This document shows, piece after piece, positions 11,701-26,373 of a DNA stretch of 64,000 nucleotides. Under the pieces are notes generated by a model that was given only the letters and a program-made list of their open reading frames with translations, was not told where the DNA came from and did no database searches. How positions within the stretch are numbered: the stretch's first letter is position 1; every line of letters starts with the position of its first letter. Source of the DNA: Auanema rhodensis (lineage: Eukaryota > Animalia > Nematoda); contig OZ059900.1 of the NCBI GenBank assembly GCA_964057225.1, positions 558,001 through 622,000 on the forward strand, written 5' to 3'. The translations under genes were made by a program, and so were the position numbers.

Positions 11701-14700
11701 TTAAATACTGATTTTCGCTCAAATAGCATTACTACACTAAGTATGGTCGTTTTTATGCCTTTAACACCATATACTCACCGATTTTTATTACAAAATCTGT
11801 AATACTCGTAAATTTTGATCATATTCGTTAAGATTTGAGAATCAAACACACAATACACGAAATCAGTCTATTTTTATGAGCTTGCACTGATATATATTCA
11901 TTTTGATCAAAAAAGGTCGAAAATAGAAAGAATTTTTGAAATTTCCGAGTTTTGAGTCCAATTTGGCTAAATCGCTCCTATATATGATCAAAAGCATAGT
12001 TTTATTGTCTATGACAACAAAAGTCATTAATTAAACACTAATGATGTTTAAATCACTAAATTTCGCTCAAATAGCATTACTACACTAAGTATGGTCGTTT
12101 TTATGCCTTTAACACCATATACTCACCGATTTTTGGTACAAAATCTGTAATACTCGTAAATTTTGATCATATTCGTTAAGATTTGAGAATCAAACACACA
12201 ATACACAAAATCAGTCTATTTTTATGAGCTTGCACTGATATAGATTCATTTTGATCAAAAAAGGTCGAAAATAGAAAGAATTTTTGAAATTTCCGAGTTT
12301 TGAGTCCAATTTGGCTGAATCGCTCATATATATGATCAAAAGCATAGTTTTATTGTCTATAACAACAAAAGTCATCAATTAAACGCTAGTGATGTTTTAA
12401 TACTGAATTTCGCTCAAATAGCATTACTACACTAAGTATGGTCGTTTTTATGCCTTTAACACCATATACTCACCGATTTTTGGTACAAAATCTGTAATAC
12501 TTGTAAATTTTGATCATATTCGTTAAGATTCGAGAATCAAACACATAATACACGAAATAAGTCTATTTTTATGAGTTTGCACTGATATTTATTTATTTTG
12601 ATCAAAAAAGTTCGAAAATAGAAAGAATTTTTGAATTTTCCGAGTTTTGAGTCCAATTGGGCTAAATCGCTCATATATATGATCAAAAGCATAGTTTTAC
12701 TGTCTATAACAACAAAAGTCATCAATTAAACGCTAGTGATATTTAAATACTGATTTTCGCTCAAATAGCATTACTACACTAAGTATGGTCGTTTTTATGC
12801 CTTTAACACCATATACTCACCGATTTTTGGTACAAAATCTGTAATACTTGTAAATTTTGATCATATTCGTTAAGATTCGAGAATCAAACACATAATACAC
12901 GAAATAAGTCTATTTTTATGAGTTTGCACTGATATTTATTTATTTTGATCAAAAAAGGTCGAAAATAGAAAGAATTTTTGAATTTTCCGAGTTTTGAGTC
13001 CAATTGGGCTAAATCGCTCATATATATGATCAAAAGCATAGTTTTACTGTCTATAACAACAAAAGTCATCAATTAAACGCTAGTGATATTTAAATACTGA
13101 TTTTCGCTCAAGTAGCATTACTACACTAAGTATGGTCGTTTTTATGCCTTTAACACCATGTACTCACCGATTTTTGGTACAAAATCTGTAATACTTGTAA
13201 ATTTTGATCATATTCGTTAAGATTTGAGAATCAAACATACAATACACAAAATCAGTCTATTTTTATGAGCTTGCACTGATATATATTCATTTTGATCAAA
13301 AAAGGTCGAAAATAGAAAGAATTTTTGAAATTTCCGAGTTTTGAGCCCAATTGGGCTAAATCGCTCATATATATGATCAAAAGCATAGTTTTTTTGTCTA
13401 TGATAACAAAAGTCTTTGAATATACACTAATAATGTTTAAATCACTGAATTTCACTCAAATAGCATTACTACACTAAGTATGGTCGTTTTTATGCCTCTA
13501 ACACCATATACTCACCGATTTTTGGTACAAAATCTGTAATACTTGTAAATTTTGATCATATTCGTTAAGATTCGAGAATCAAACACATAATACACGAAAT
13601 AAGTCTATTTTTATGAGTTTGCACTGATTATTATTCATTTTGATCAAAAAAGGTCGAAAATAGAAAGAATTTTTGAAATTTCCGAGTTTTGAGTCCAATT
13701 GGGCTAAATCGCTCATATATATGATCAAAAACATAGTTTTATTGTCTATAACAACAAAAGTCATCAATTAAACGCTAGTGATGTTTAAATACTGATTTTC
13801 GCTCAAATAGCATTACTACACTAAGTATGGTCGTTTTTATGCCTTTAACACCATATACTCACCGATTTTTGGTACAAAATCTGTGATACTCGTAAATTTT
13901 GATCATATTCGGTGAGATTCGAGAATCAAACACACAATACACGAAATAAGTTTATTTTTACGAGTTTGCACTGATATTTATTCATTTTGATCAAAAAAGG
14001 TCGAAAATAGAAAGAATTTTTGAAATTTCCGAGTTTTGAGTCTAATTTGGCTAAATCGCTCATATATATGATCAAAAGCATAGTTTTATTGTCTATGATA
14101 ACAAAAGTCTTCAAATATACACTAATAATGTTTAAATCACTGAATTTCACTCAAATAGCATTACTACACTAAGTATGGTCGTTTTTATGCCTTTAACACC
14201 ATATACTCACCGATTTTTGGTACAAAATCTGTAATACTTGTAAATTTTGATCATATTTGTTAAGATTCGAGAATCAAACACATAATACACGAAATAAGTC
14301 TATTTTTATGAGTTTGCACTGATATTTATTCATTTTGATCAAAAAAGGTCGAAAATAGAAAGAATTTTTGAATTTTCCGAGTTTTGAGTCCAATTGGGCT
14401 AAATCGCTCATATATATGATCAAAAACATAGTTTTATTGTCTATAACAACAAAAGTCATCAATTAAACGCTAGTGATGTTTAAATACTGATTTTCGCTCA
14501 AATAGCATTACTACACTAAGTATGGTCGTTTTTATGCCTTTAACACCATATACTCACCGATTTTTGGTACAAAATCTGTAATACTTGTAAATTTTGATCA
14601 TATTCGTTAAGATTCGAGAATCAAACACATAATACACGAAATAAGTCTATTTTTATGAGTTTGCACTGATATTTATTTATTTTGATCAAAAAAGGTCGAA

Positions 14701-17700
14701 AATAGAAAGAATTTTTGAATTTTCCGAGTTTTGAGTCCAATTGGGCTAAATCGCTCATATATATGATCAAAAGCATAGTTTTACTGTCTATAACAACAAA
14801 AGTCATCAATTAAACGCTAGTGATATTTAAATACTGATTTTCGCTCAAGTAGCATTACTACACTAAGTATGGTCGTTTTTATGCCTTTAACACCATATAC
14901 TCACCGATTTTTGGTACAAAATCTGTAATACTTGTAAATTTTGATCATATTCGTTAAGATTTGAGAATCAAACATACAATACACAAAATCAGTCTATTTT
15001 TATGAGCTTGCACTGATATATATTCATTTTGATCAAAAAAGGTCGAAAATAGAAAGAATTTTTGAAATTTCCGAGTTTTGAGTCTAATTTGGCTAAATCG
15101 CTCATATATATGATCAGAAGCATAGTTTTATTGTCTATGACAACAAAAATCATCAATTAAACGCTAGTGATGTTTAAATACTGATTTTCGCTCAAATAGC
15201 ATTACTACACTAAGTATGGTCGTTTTTATGCCTTTAACACCATATACTCACCGATTTTTGGTACAAAATCTGTAATACTCGTAAAATTTGATCATATTTG
15301 TTAAGATTTGAGAATCAAACACACAATACACAAAATCAGTCTATTTTTATGAGTTTACACTGATATATATTCATTTTCATCAAAAAAGGTCGAAAATAGA
15401 AAGAATTTTTGAATTTTCCGAGTTTTGAGTCGAATTGGGCTAAATCGCTCATATATATGATCAAAAGCATAGTTTTACTGTCTATGACAACAAAAGTCTT
15501 CAAATATACACTAATAATGATTAAATCACTGAATTTCACTCAAATAGCATTACTACACTAAGTATGGTCGTTTTTATGCCTTTAACACCATATACTCACC
15601 GATTTTTGGTACAAAATCTGTAATACTTGTAAATTTTGATCATATTCGTTAAGATTTGAGAATCAAACATACAATACACAAAATCAGTCTATTTTTATGA
15701 GCTTGCACTGATATATATTCATTTTGATCAAAAAAGGTCGAAAATAGAAAGAATTTTTGAAATTTCCGAGTTTTGAGTCTAATTTGGCTAAATCGCTCAT
15801 ATATATGATCAGAAGCATAGTTTTATTGTCTATGACAACAAAAGTCATCAATTAAACGCTAGTGATGTTTAAATACTGATTTTCGCTCAAATAGCATTAC
15901 TACACTAAGTATGGTCGTTTTTATGCCTTTAACACCATATACTCACCGATTTTTGGTACAAAATCTGTAATACTCGTAAATTTTGATCATATTCGTTAAG
16001 ATTCGAAAATCAAACACACAATAAACAAAATCAGTCTATTTTTATGAGTTTGCACTGATATATATTCATTTTGATCAAAAAAGGTCGAAAATAGAAAGAA
16101 TTTTTGAATTTTCCGAGTTTTGAGTCCAATTGGGCTAAATCGCTCATATATATGATCAAAAACATAGTTTTATTGTCTATAACAACAAAAGTCATCAATT
16201 AAACGCTAGTGATGTTTAAATACTGATTTTCGCTCAAATAGCATTACTACACTAAGTATGGTCGTTTTTATGCCTCTAACACCATATACTCACCGATTTT
16301 TGGTACAAAATCTGTAATACTTGTAAATTTTGATCATATTCGTTAAGATTCGAGAATCAAACACATAATACACGAAATAAGTCTATTTTTATGAGTTTGC
16401 ACTGATATTTATTCATTTTGATCAAAAAAGGTCGAAAATAGAAAGAATTTTTGAAATTTCCGAGTTTTGAGTCCAATTGGGCTAAATCGCTCATATATAT
16501 GATCAAAAACATAGTTTTATTGTCTATAACAACAAAAGTCATCAATTAAACGCTAGTGATGTTTAAATACTGATTTTCGCTCAAATAGCATTACTACACT
16601 AAGTATGGTCGTTTTTATGCCTTTAACACCATATACTCACCGATTTTTGGTACAAAATCTGTAATACTTGTAAATTTTGATCATATTCGTTAAGATTCGA
16701 GAATCAAACACATAATACACGAAATAAGTCTATTTTTATGAGTTTGCACTGATATTTATTTATTTTGATCAAAAAAGGTCGAAAATAGAAAGAATTTTTG
16801 AATTTTCCGAGTTTTGAGTCCAATTGGGCTAAATCGCTCATATATATGATCAAAAGCATAGTTTTACTGTCTATAACAACAAAAGTCATCAATTAAACGC
16901 TAGTGATATTTAAATACTGATTTTCGCTCAAGTAGCATTACTACACTAAGTATGGTCGTTTTTATGCCTTTAACACCATATACTCACCGATTTTTGGTAC
17001 AAAATCTGTAATACTCGTAAATTTTGATCATATTCGTTAAGATTCGAGAATCAAACACATAATACACAAAATAAGTCTATTTTTATGAGTTTGCACTGAT
17101 ATTTATTTATTTTGATCAAAAAAGGTCGAAAATAGAAAGAATTTTTGAATTTTCCGAGTTTTGAGTCGAATTGGGCTAAATCGCTCATATATATGATCAA
17201 AAGCATAGTTTTACTGTCTATGACAACAAAAGTCTTCAAATATACACTAATAATGATTAAATCACTGAATTTCACTCAAATAGCATTACTACACTAAGTA
17301 TGGTCGTTTTTATGCCTTTAACACCATATACTCACCGATTTTTGGTACAAAATCTGTAATACTTGTAAATTTTGATCATATTCGTTAAGATTTGAGAATC
17401 AAACATACAATACACAAAATCAGTCTATTTTTATGAGCTTGCACTGATATATATTCATTTTGATCAAAAAAGGTCGAAAATAGAAAGAATTTTTGAAATT
17501 TCCGAGTTTTGAGTCTAATTTGGCTAAATCGCTCATATATATGATCAGAAGCATAGTTTTATTGTCTATGACAACAAAAGTCATCAATTAAACGCTAGTG
17601 ATGTTTAAATACTGATTTTCGCTCAAATAGCATTACTACACTAAGTATGGTCGTTTTTATGCCTTTAACACCATATACTCACCGATTTTTGGTACAAAAT

Positions 17701-20700
17701 CTGTAATACTCGTAAATTTTGATCATATTCGTTAAGATTCGAAAATCAAACACACAATAAACAAAATCAGTCTATTTTTATGAGTTTGCACTGATATATA
17801 TTCATTTTGATCAAAAAAGGTCGAAAATAGAAAGAATTTTTGAATTTTCCGAGTTTTGAGTCCAATTGGGCTAAATCGCTCATATATATGATCAAAAACA
17901 TAGTTTTATTGTCTATAACAACAAAAGTCATCAATTAAACGCTAGTGATGTTTAAATACTGATTTTCGCTCAAATAGCATTACTACACTAAGTATGGTCG
18001 TTTTTATGCCTCTAACACCATATACTCACCGATTTTTGGTACAAAATCTGTAATACTTGTAAATTTTGATCATATTCGTTAAGATTCGAGAATCAAACAC
18101 ATAATACACGAAATAAGTCTATTTTTATGAGTTTGCACTGATATTTATTCATTTTGATCAAAAAAGGTCGAAAATAGAAAGAATTTTTGAAATTTCCGAG
18201 TTTTGAGTCCAATTGGGCTAAATCGCTCATATATATGATCAAAAGCATAGTTTTATTGTCTATAACAACAAAAGTCATCAATTAAACGCTAGTGATGTTT
18301 AAATACTGATTTTCGCTCAAATAGCATTACTACACTAAGTATGGTCGTTTTTATGCCTTTAACACCATATACTCACCGATTTTTGGTACAAAATCTGTAA
18401 TACTTGTAAATTTTGATCATATTCGTTAAGATTCGAGAATCAAACACATAATACACGAAATAAGTCTATTTTTATGAGTTTGCACTGATATTTATTTATT
18501 TTGATCAAAAAAGGTCGAAAATAGAAAGAATTTTTGAATTTTCCGAGTTTTGAGTCCAATTGGGCTAAATCGCTCATATATATGATCAAAAGCATAGTTT
18601 TACTGTCTATAACAACAAAAGTCATCAATTAAACGCTAGTGATATTTAAATACTGATTTTCGCTCAAGTAGCATTACTACACTAAGTATGGTCGTTTTTA
18701 TGCCTTTAACACCATATACTCACCGATTTTTGGTACAAAATCTGTAATACTCGTAAATTTTGATCATATTCGTTAAGATTCGAGAATCAAACACATAATA
18801 CACAAAATAAGTCTATTTTTATGAGTTTGCACTGATATTTATTTATTTTGATCAAAAAAGGTCGAAAATAGAAAGAATTTTTGAAATTTCCGAGTTTTGA
18901 GTCTAATTTGGCTAAATCGCTCATATATATGATCAGAAGCATAGTTTTATTGTCTATGACAACAAAAATCATCAATTAAACGCTAGTGATGTTTAAATAC
19001 TGATTTTCGCTCAAATAGCATTACTACACTAAGTATGGTCGTTTTTATGCCTTTAACACCATATACTCACCGATTTTTGGTACAAAATCTGTAATACTCG
19101 TAAAATTTGATCATATTTGTTAAGATTTGAGAATCAAACACATAATACACGAAATAAGTCTATTTTTATGAGTTTGCACTGATATTTATTCATTTTGATC
19201 AAAAAAGGTCGAAAATAGAAAGAATTTTTGAAATTTCCGAGTTTTGAGTCCAATTGGGCTAAACCGCTCATATATATGATCAGAAGCATAGTTTTACTGT
19301 CTATGACAACAAAAGTCTTCAAATATACACTAATAATGATTAAATCACTGAATTTCACTCAAATAGCATTACTACACTAAGTATGGTCGTTTTTATGCCT
19401 TTAACACCATATACTCACCGATTTTTGGTACAAAATCTGTAATACTTGTAAATTTTGATCATATCCGTTAAGATTTGAGAATCAAACATACAATACACAA
19501 AATCAGTCTATTTTTATGAGCTTGCACTGATATATATTTATTTTGATCAAAAAAGGTCGAAAATAGAAAGAATTTTTGAAATTTCCGAGTTTTGAGTCTA
19601 ATTTGGCTAAATCGCTCATATATATGATCAGAAGCATAGTTTTATTGTCTATGACAACAAAAGTCATCAATTAAACGCTAGTGATATTTAAATACTGATT
19701 TTCGCTCAAATTGCATTACTACACTAAGTATGGTCGTTTTTATGCCTTTAACACCATATACTCACCGATTTTTGGTACAAAATCTGTAATACTCGTAAAT
19801 TTCGATCATATTCGTTAAGATTCGAGAATCAAACACATAATACACGAAATAAGTCTATTTTTATGAGTTTGCACTGATATTTATTCATTTTGATCAAAAA
19901 AGGTCGAAAATAGAAAGAATTTTTGAAATTTCCGAGTTTTGAGTCCAATTGGGCTAAATCGCTCATATATATGATCAAAAACATAGTTTTATTGTCTATA
20001 ACAACAAAAGTCATCAATTAAACGCTAGTGATGTTTAAATACTGATTTTCGCTCAAATAGCATTACTACACTAAGTATGGTCGTTTTTATGCCTTTAACA
20101 CCATATACTCACCGATTTTTGGTACAAAATCTGTAATACTTGTAAATTTTGATCATATTCGTTAAGATTCGAGAATCAAACACATAATACACGAAATAAG
20201 TCTATTTTTATGAGTTTGCACTGATATTTATTTATTTTGATCAAAAAAGGTCGAAAATAGAAAGAATTTTTGAATTTTCCGAGTTTTGAGTCCAATTGGG
20301 CTAAATCGCTCATATATATGATCAAAAGCATAGTTTTACTGTCTATAACAACAAAAGTCATCAATTAAACGCTAGTGATATTTAAATACTGATTTTCGCT
20401 CAAGTAGCATTACTACACTAAGTATGGTCGTTTTTATGCCTTTAACACCATATACTCACCGATTTTTGGTACAAAATCTGTAATACTTGTAAATTTTGAT
20501 CATATTCGTTAAGATTCGAGAATCAAACACATAATACACGAAATAAGTCTATTTTTATGAGTTTGCACTGATATTTATTTATTTTGATCAAAAAAGGTCG
20601 AAAATAGAAAGAATTTTTGAATTTTCCGAGTTTTGAGTCCAATTGGGCTAAATCGCTCATATATATGATCAAAAGCATAGTTTTACTGTCTATAACAACA

Positions 20701-23700
20701 AAAGTCATCAATTAAACGCTAGTGATATTTAAATACTGATTTTCGCTCAAGTAGCATTACTACACTAAGTATGGTCGTTTTTATGCCTTTAACACCATAT
20801 ACTCACCGATTTTTGGTACAAAATCTGTAATACTCGTAAATTTTGATCATATTCGTTAAGATTCGAGAATCAAACACATAATACACAAAATAAGTCTATT
20901 TTTATGAGTTTGCACTGATATTTATTTATTTTGATCAAAAAAGGTCGAAAATAGAAAGAATTTTTGAAATTTCCGAGTTTTGAGTCTAATTTGGCTAAAT
21001 CGCTCATATATATGATCAGAAGCATAGTTTTATTGTCTATGACAACAAAAATCATCAATTAAACGCTAGTGATGTTTAAATACTGATTTTCGCTCAAATA
21101 GCATTACTACACTAAGTATGGTCGTTTTTATGCCTTTAACACCATATACTCACCGATTTTTGGTACAAAATCTGTAATACTCGTAAATTTCGATCATATT
21201 CGTTAAGATTCGAGAATCAAACACATAATACACGAAATAAGTCTATTTTTATGAGTTTGCACTGATATTTATTCATTTTGATCAAAAAAGGTCGAAAATA
21301 GAAAGAATTTTTGAAATTTCCGAGTTTTGAGTCCAATTGGGCTAAATCGCTCATATATATGATCAGAAGCATAGTTTTATTGTCTATAACAACAAAAGTC
21401 ATCAATTAAACGCTAGTGATGTTTAAATACTGATTTTCGCTCAAATAGCATTACTACACTAAGTATGGTCGTTTTTATGCCTTTAACACCATATACTCAC
21501 CGATTTTTGGTACAAAATCTGTAATACTTGTAAATTTTGATCATATTCGTTAAGATTCGAGAATCAAACACATAATACACGAAATAAGTCTATTTTTATG
21601 AGTTTGCACTGATATTTATTTATTTTGATCAAAAAAGGTCGAAAATAGAAAGAATTTTTGAATTTTCCGAGTTTTGAGTCCAATTGGGCTAAATCGCTCA
21701 TATATATGATCAAAAGCATAGTTTTACTGTCTATAACAACAAAAGTCATCAATTAAACGCTAGTGATATTTAAATACTGATTTTCGCTCAAGTAGCATTA
21801 CTACACTAAGTATGGTCGTTTTTATGCCTTTAACACCATATACTCACCGATTTTTGGTACAAAATCTGTAATACTCGTAAATTTTGATCATATTCGTTAA
21901 GATTCGAGAATCAAACACATAATACACAAAATAAGTCTATTTTTATGAGTTTGCACTGATATTTATTTATTTTGATCAAAAAAGGTCGAAAATAGAAAGA
22001 ATTTTTGAAATTTCCGAGTTTTGAGTCTAATTTGGCTAAATCGCTCATATATATGATCAGAAGCATAGTTTTATTGTCTATGACAACAAAAATCATCAAT
22101 TAAACGCTAGTGATGTTTAAATACTGATTTTCGCTCAAATAGCATTACTACACTAAGTATGGTCGTTTTTATGCCTTTAACACCATATACTCACCGATTT
22201 TTGGTACAAAATCTGTAATACTCGTAAAATTTGATCATATTTGTTAAGATTTGAGAATCAAACACATAATACACGAAATAAGTCTATTTTTATGAGTTTG
22301 CACTGATATTTATTCATTTTGATCAAAAAAGGTCGAAAATAGAAAGAATTTTTGAAATTTCCGAGTTTTGAGTCCAATTGGGCTAAACCGCTCATATATA
22401 TGATCAGAAGCATAGTTTTACTGTCTATGACAACAAAAGTCTTCAAATATACACTAATAATGATTAAATCACTGAATTTCACTCAAATAGCATTACTACA
22501 CTAAGTATGGTCGTTTTTATGCCTTTAACACCATATACTCACCGATTTTTGGTACAAAATCTGTAATACTTGTAAATTTTGATCATATCCGTTAAGATTT
22601 GAGAATCAAACATACAATACACAAAATCAGTCTATTTTTATGAGCTTGCACTGATATTTATTCATTTTGATCAAAAAAGGTCGAAAATAGAAAGAATTTT
22701 TGAAATTTCCGAGTTTTGAGTCCAATTGGGCTAAATCGCTCATATATATGATCAGAAGCATAGTTTTATTGTCTATAACAACAAAAGTCATCAATTAAAC
22801 GCTAGTGATATTTAAATACTGATTTTCGCTCAAGTAGCATTACTACACTAAGTATGGTCGTTTTTATGCCTTTAACACCATATACTCACCGATTTTTGGT
22901 ACAAAATCTGTAATACTCGTAAATTTTGATCATATTCGTTAAGATTCGAGAATCAAACACATAATACACAAAATAAGTCTATTTTTATGAGTTTGCACTG
23001 ATATTTATTTATTTTGATCAAAAAAGGTCGAAAATAGAAAGAATTTTTGAAATTTCCGAGTTTTGAGTCTAATTTGGCTAAATCGCTCATATATATGATC
23101 AGAAGCATAGTTTTATTGTCTATGACAACAAAAATCATCAATTAAACGCTAGTGATGTTTAAATACTGATTTTCGCTCAAATAGCATTACTACACTAAGT
23201 ATGGTCGTTTTTATGCCTTTAACACCATATACTCACCGATTTTTGGTACAAAATCTGTAATACTCGTAAATTTCGATCATATTCGTTAAGATTCGAGAAT
23301 CAAACACATAATACACGAAATAAGTCTATTTTTATGAGTTTGCACTGATATTTATTCATTTTGATCAAAAAAGGTCGAAAATAGAAAGAATTTTTGAAAT
23401 TTCCGAGTTTTGAGTCCAATTGGGCTAAATCGCTCATATATATGATCAGAAGCATAGTTTTATTGTCTATAACAACAAAAGTCATCAATTAAACGCTAGT
23501 GATGTTTAAATACTGATTTTCGCTCAAATAGCATTACTACACTAAGTATGGTCGTTTTTATGCCTTTAACACCATATACTCACCGATTTTTGGTACAAAA
23601 TCTGTAATACTTGTAAATTTTGATCATATTCGTTAAGATTCGAGAATCAAACACATAATACACGAAATAAGTCTATTTTTATGAGTTTGCACTGATATTT

Positions 23701-26216
23701 ATTTATTTTGATCAAAAAAGGTCGAAAATAGAAAGAATTTTTGAATTTTCCGAGTTTTGAGTCCAATTGGGCTAAATCGCTCATATATATGATCAAAAGC
23801 ATAGTTTTACTGTCTATAACAACAAAAGTCATCAATTAAACGCTAGTGATATTTAAATACTGATTTTCGCTCAAGTAGCATTACTACACTAAGTATGGTC
23901 GTTTTTATGCCTTTAACACCATATACTCACCGATTTTTGGTACAAAATCTGTAATACTCGTAAATTTTGATCATATTCGTTAAGATTCGAGAATCAAACA
24001 CATAATACACAAAATAAGTCTATTTTTATGAGTTTGCACTGATATTTATTTATTTTGATCAAAAAAGGTCGAAAATAGAAAGAATTTTTGAAATTTCCGA
24101 GTTTTGAGTCTAATTTGGCTAAATCGCTCATATATATGATCAGAAGCATAGTTTTATTGTCTATGACAACAAAAATCATCAATTAAACGCTAGTGATGTT
24201 TAAATACTGATTTTCGCTCAAATAGCATTACTACACTAAGTATGGTCGTTTTTATGCCTTTAACACCATATACTCACCGATTTTTGGTACAAAATCTGTA
24301 ATACTCGTAAAATTTGATCATATTTGTTAAGATTTGAGAATCAAACACATAATACACGAAATAAGTCTATTTTTATGAGTTTGCACTGATATTTATTCAT
24401 TTTGATCAAAAAAGGTCGAAAATAGAAAGAATTTTTGAAATTTCCGAGTTTTGAGTCCAATTGGGCTAAACCGCTCATATATATGATCAGAAGCATAGTT
24501 TTACTGTCTATGACAACAAAAGTCTTCAAATATACACTAATAATGATTAAATCACTGAATTTCACTCAAATAGCATTACTACACTAAGTATGGTCGTTTT
24601 TATGCCTTTAACACCATATACTCACCGATTTTTGGTACAAAATCTGTAATACTTGTAAATTTTGATCATATCCGTTAAGATTTGAGAATCAAACATACAA
24701 TACACAAAATCAGTCTATTTTTATGAGCTTGCACTGATATATATTTATTTTGATCAAAAAAGGTCGAAAATAGAAAGAATTTTTGAAATTTCCGAGTTTT
24801 GAGTCTAATTTGGCTAAATCGCTCATATATATGATCAGAAGCATAGTTTTATTGTCTATGACAACAAAAGTCATCAATTAAACGCTAGTGATATTTAAAT
24901 ACTGATTTTCGCTCAAATAGCATTACTACACTAAGTATGGTCGTTTTTATGCCTTTAACACCATATACTCACCGATTTTTGGTACAAAATCTGTAATACT
25001 CGTAAATTTCGATCATATTCGTTAAGATTCGAGAATCAAACACATAATACACGAAATAAGTCTATTTTTATGAGTTTGCACTGATATTTATTCATTTTGA
25101 TCAAAAAAGGTCGAAAATAGAAAGAATTTTTGAAATTTCCGAGTTTTGAGTCCAATTGGGCTAAATCGCTCATATATATGATCAAAAACATAGTTTTATT
25201 GTCTATAACAACAAAAGTCATCAATTAAACGCTAGTGATGTTTAAATACTGATTTTCGCTCAAATAGCATTACTACACTAAGTATGGTCGTTTTTATGCC
25301 TTTAACACCATATACTCACCGATTTTTGGTACAAAATCTGTAATACTTGTAAATTTTGATCATATTCGTTAAGATTCGAGAATCAAACACATAATACACG
25401 AAATAAGTCTATTTTTATGAGTTTGCACTGATATTTATTTATTTTGATCAAAAAAGGTCGAAAATAGAAAGAATTTTTGAATTTTCCGAGTTTTGAGTCC
25501 AATTGGGCTAAATCGCTCATATATATGATCAAAAGCATAGTTTTACTGTCTATAACAACAAAAGTCATCAATTAAACGCTAGTGATATTTAAATACTGAT
25601 TTTCGCTCAAGTAGCATTACTACACTAAGTATGGTCGTTTTTATGCCTTTAACACCATATACTCACCGATTTTTGGTACAAAATCTGTAATACTCGTAAA
25701 ATTTGATCATATTTGTTAAGATTTGAGAATCAAACACATAATACACGAAATAAGTCTATTTTTATGAGTTTGCACTGATTTTTATTCATTTTGATCAAAA
25801 AAGGTCGAAAATAGAAAGAATTTTTGAAATTTCCGAGTTTTGAGTCCAATTGGGCTAAACCGCTCATATATATGATCAGAAGCATAGTTTTACTGTCTAT
25901 GACAACAAAAGTCTTCAAATATACACTAATAATGATTAAATCACTGAATTTCACTCAAATAGCATTACTACACTAAGTATGGTCGTTTTTATGCCTTTAA
26001 CACCATATACTCACCGATTTTTGGTACAAAATCTGTAATACTTGTAAATTTTGATCATATCCGTTAAGATTTGAGAATCAAACATACAATACACAAAATC
26101 AGTCTATTTTTATGAGCTTGCACTGATATATATTTATTTTGATCAAAAAAGGTCGAAAATAGAAAGAATTTTTGAAATTTCCGAGTTTTGAGTCTAATTT
26201 GGCTAAATCGCTCATA

Positions 26217-26218
26217 TA
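26217..26218. other. TA target-site duplication, left copy (right copy at 27522-27523)
   Basis: CTCATA[TA]-element-[TA]TATGATC versus the empty site CTCATATATATGATC in other monomers. Confidence 0.95.
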
Positions 26219-26244
26219 CAGGGTGGCCCATAAGTATTGAGACA
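26219..26244 (+). repeat. Left terminal inverted repeat CAGGGTGGCCCATAAGTATTGAGACA
   Basis: Exact reverse complement of 27496-27521; imperfect extension (ATTCAAA) continues a few bp inward. Confidence 0.97.
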
Positions 26245-26313
26245 AAATTCAAATAATTTTTTTAAAAAAAAAACTAGGTCAAAAAAACATGTTCACAAAA
26301 CTTTTAGGCTCGG

Positions 26314-26322
26314 GTATATAAG
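26314..26322 (+). promoter_or_regulatory. Putative TATA box of the transposase gene (GTATATAAG)
   Basis: About 60 bp upstream of the ATG, downstream of a T7A10 tract (26257-26273); fits TATAWAW and the extended GTATAWWAG form. Motif match only. Confidence 0.5.
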
Positions 26323-26373
26323 GAGACTTTTTGAGCACATTGACAGCTTTTGTGATTATATTTAGAAAAAGTT

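Larger units (their letters stand above)
1..26218. repeat. Tandem satellite DNA array, 347/348-bp AT-rich monomer (left arm, ~75 copies, truncated by window start)
   Basis: The same unit (AATTTTGATCATATTCGTTAAGA...GCATTACTACACTAAGTATGGTCGTTTTTATGCC...GGTACAAAATCTGTAATACT) recurs head-to-tail. Repeated ORF-track coordinates step by 347 or 348 bp (e.g. 3507, 3854; 4549, 4896, 5243; 13926, 14274). Confidence 0.99.

Noticed and set aside
26230-26240. TAAGTAT shared between the TIR and the satellite (CACTAAGTATGG), suggesting the satellite derives from this transposon
   Set aside because: Only a 7-bp AT-rich match with no flanking similarity.
26064-26252. Minus-strand 62-aa ORF crossing the left transposon junction
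   Set aside because: Chance read-through from TIR into satellite with a non-ATG start.
26304-26309. Nematode telomere hexamer TTAGGC
   Set aside because: Single isolated occurrence; no telomeric array or healing junction is seen in the window.
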